Of a DNA stretch of 53,348 nt, positions 52,100-53,348 are shown one piece after another. Each line of letters starts with the position of its first letter. The first letter of the stretch is position 1. Source of the stretch: Cirrosporium novae-zelandiae (lineage: Eukaryota); the NCBI GenBank assembly GCA_026023565.1, contig JAPETS010000049.1:124001-177348 (forward strand), written 5' to 3'. A program made the position numbers and the translations under genes. The notes beneath the pieces are model-generated. The model worked only from the letters and a program-made list of their open reading frames with translations, was not told the DNA's origin and searched no databases.

Positions 52100-53097
52100 A
52101 TGGCTATGGTTCAAGCGCGTGAAGCCAGGAGTGGGGTAAGCTGCATCTACCACGAGCGCTTCCCCAAAGGCGATGACTGACTTGTCTATAGCCACCATAC
52201 GTCTCTACCAGCATTGCAAGTGTCGGCGGCCATCCCACTGTCGATCAGGATATACCCATATGCGCCGTCCTCATCTTTGTCTACCTGGTCGGTGCCATCG
52301 CGAACATGACCATCTATCAGCTCAATCGACGAAAGGGCCACAAGTTTTTTATGTCATGCGCCATGTTCGGTTTCTGTATGTCTCGTGTTAGCACATGTGT
52401 ACTGAGGCTTGTATGGGCAACCCGACCGGAGAATGCGCACATTGCCATTGCAGCACAGATCTTCACAAATGTCGGCGTTCTCGTCATCTATATCGTCGTA
52501 CTGCTCCTCGCCCTGCGCATATTTCGAGCAACACATTCAAAGCTGGGCTGGAATAGGCTTCTTGGCAAGACGCTCACCGTCTCATACGTCCTTCTCCTCA
52601 TTGCAGTCCTGTTGACTATCGGTTTCACCATCTTATCTTACTACACCCTCAACCTGACCCTCAAATCTGTCGCCCTTTGGGTACAACGAGGCTCAATCCT
52701 ATACATCATGATTTTTAATGTCATGTCTTTGGTTTTGCTGCTGATGTCCTTGCTGCCGCACGCGCCTGACAACGAGAACTTTGGCACAGGAAGCATTGGC
52801 TCAAAGTTGATTATTTTAGGAGTGGCAGTCTTCTTTAGCATTTTCATTGCAGCCTTCCGTACTGGGACCGCCTGGTCAGTACCAAGACCGGCTTCGAATC
52901 CTGCATGGTACGATACCAAGGCAGCTTTCTACGTGCTTCTCTTTATCTTCGAGATCATCATCGTCTATTTATTCCTCTTTACGCGATTCGACAGGAGGTT
53001 TTGGGTACCTGATGGCAGTAAGAAGTCGGGCGACTACTCTCAAATTGAGCTTGACAGCTTGATAACAAACAAGACTTTGAAACAAGACAAGATGTAA
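52100..53097 (+). CDS. DUF3112-like multi-pass membrane protein
   Basis: Exon 52100-52135 plus 52192-53097 gives GGHPTVDQDIPICAVL...NMTIYQLNRRKGHKF..S.AMFGFCMSRV..CVLRLVWA...IAAQIF...PAWYDTKAAFY...RFDRRFWVPDGS. About 7 hydrophobic segments. Confidence 0.8.
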
Positions 53098-53200
53098 TGC
53101 TACACCTTATCACGGATAGGGAAGGGATAGACTAGAATTCCTAAACTATCTCCCTTAGTGTAGTTAATCTATAGACGAAGAGGCTTGATCTAGATTTTCA

Positions 53201-53223
53201 ATTATATTATATTATATTATATT
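53201..53223. repeat. (ATTAT)n short tract abutting the telomere
   Basis: Read directly from the sequence. Confidence 0.85.
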
Positions 53224-53224
53224 T

Positions 53225-53348
53225 TTAGGGTTAGGGTTAGGGTTAGGGTTAGGGTTAGGGTTAGGGTTAGGGTTAGGGTTAGGGTTAGGGTTAGGGTTAG
53301 GGTTAGGGTTAGGGTTAGGGTTAGGGTTAGGGTTAGGGTTAGGGTTAG
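53225..53348 (+). repeat. Telomere repeat (TTAGGG)n
   Basis: About 20.7 perfect TTAGGG units running to the end of the window, with the G-rich strand 5'->3' toward the end. Confidence 0.99.

Overview
Right end of a filamentous ascomycete (Pezizomycotina-type) chromosome, ending in a (TTAGGG)n telomere at 53225-53348. Family assignments below come from motif recognition, not database searches. (1) 1-4944: the edge of an indole-diterpene cluster (paxB-, paxC- and paxG-like genes) with a small hAT-type MITE in the divergent B/C promoter. (2) ~6-35.3 kb: a dense block of intron-containing housekeeping or conserved genes: COQ6, PCD1-like Nudix, mitochondrial phosphate carrier, CBS-domain protein, EPR-1-like BAH/split-PHD reader, alpha-mannosidase, F-box/JmjC, eIF4A, EAF6, Ctr copper transporter, FAH-family protein and several small hypothetical genes. 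(3) ~35.4 kb to the end: a decaying subtelomeric zone. It holds a heavily eroded alpha-1,3-glucan synthase pseudogene, a histidine-phosphatase/PGM gene that appears to need a non-canonical AT-AC intron after a 9-nt micro-exon, a frameshifted alpha/beta-hydrolase, an MFS transporter, a secreted GH5, a second hAT MITE, a DUF3505-like relic, and a divergent Zn2Cys6/DUF3112-like pair whose stop codon lies only ~130 bp from the telomere. No rRNA, tRNA or CRISPR features were recognised.
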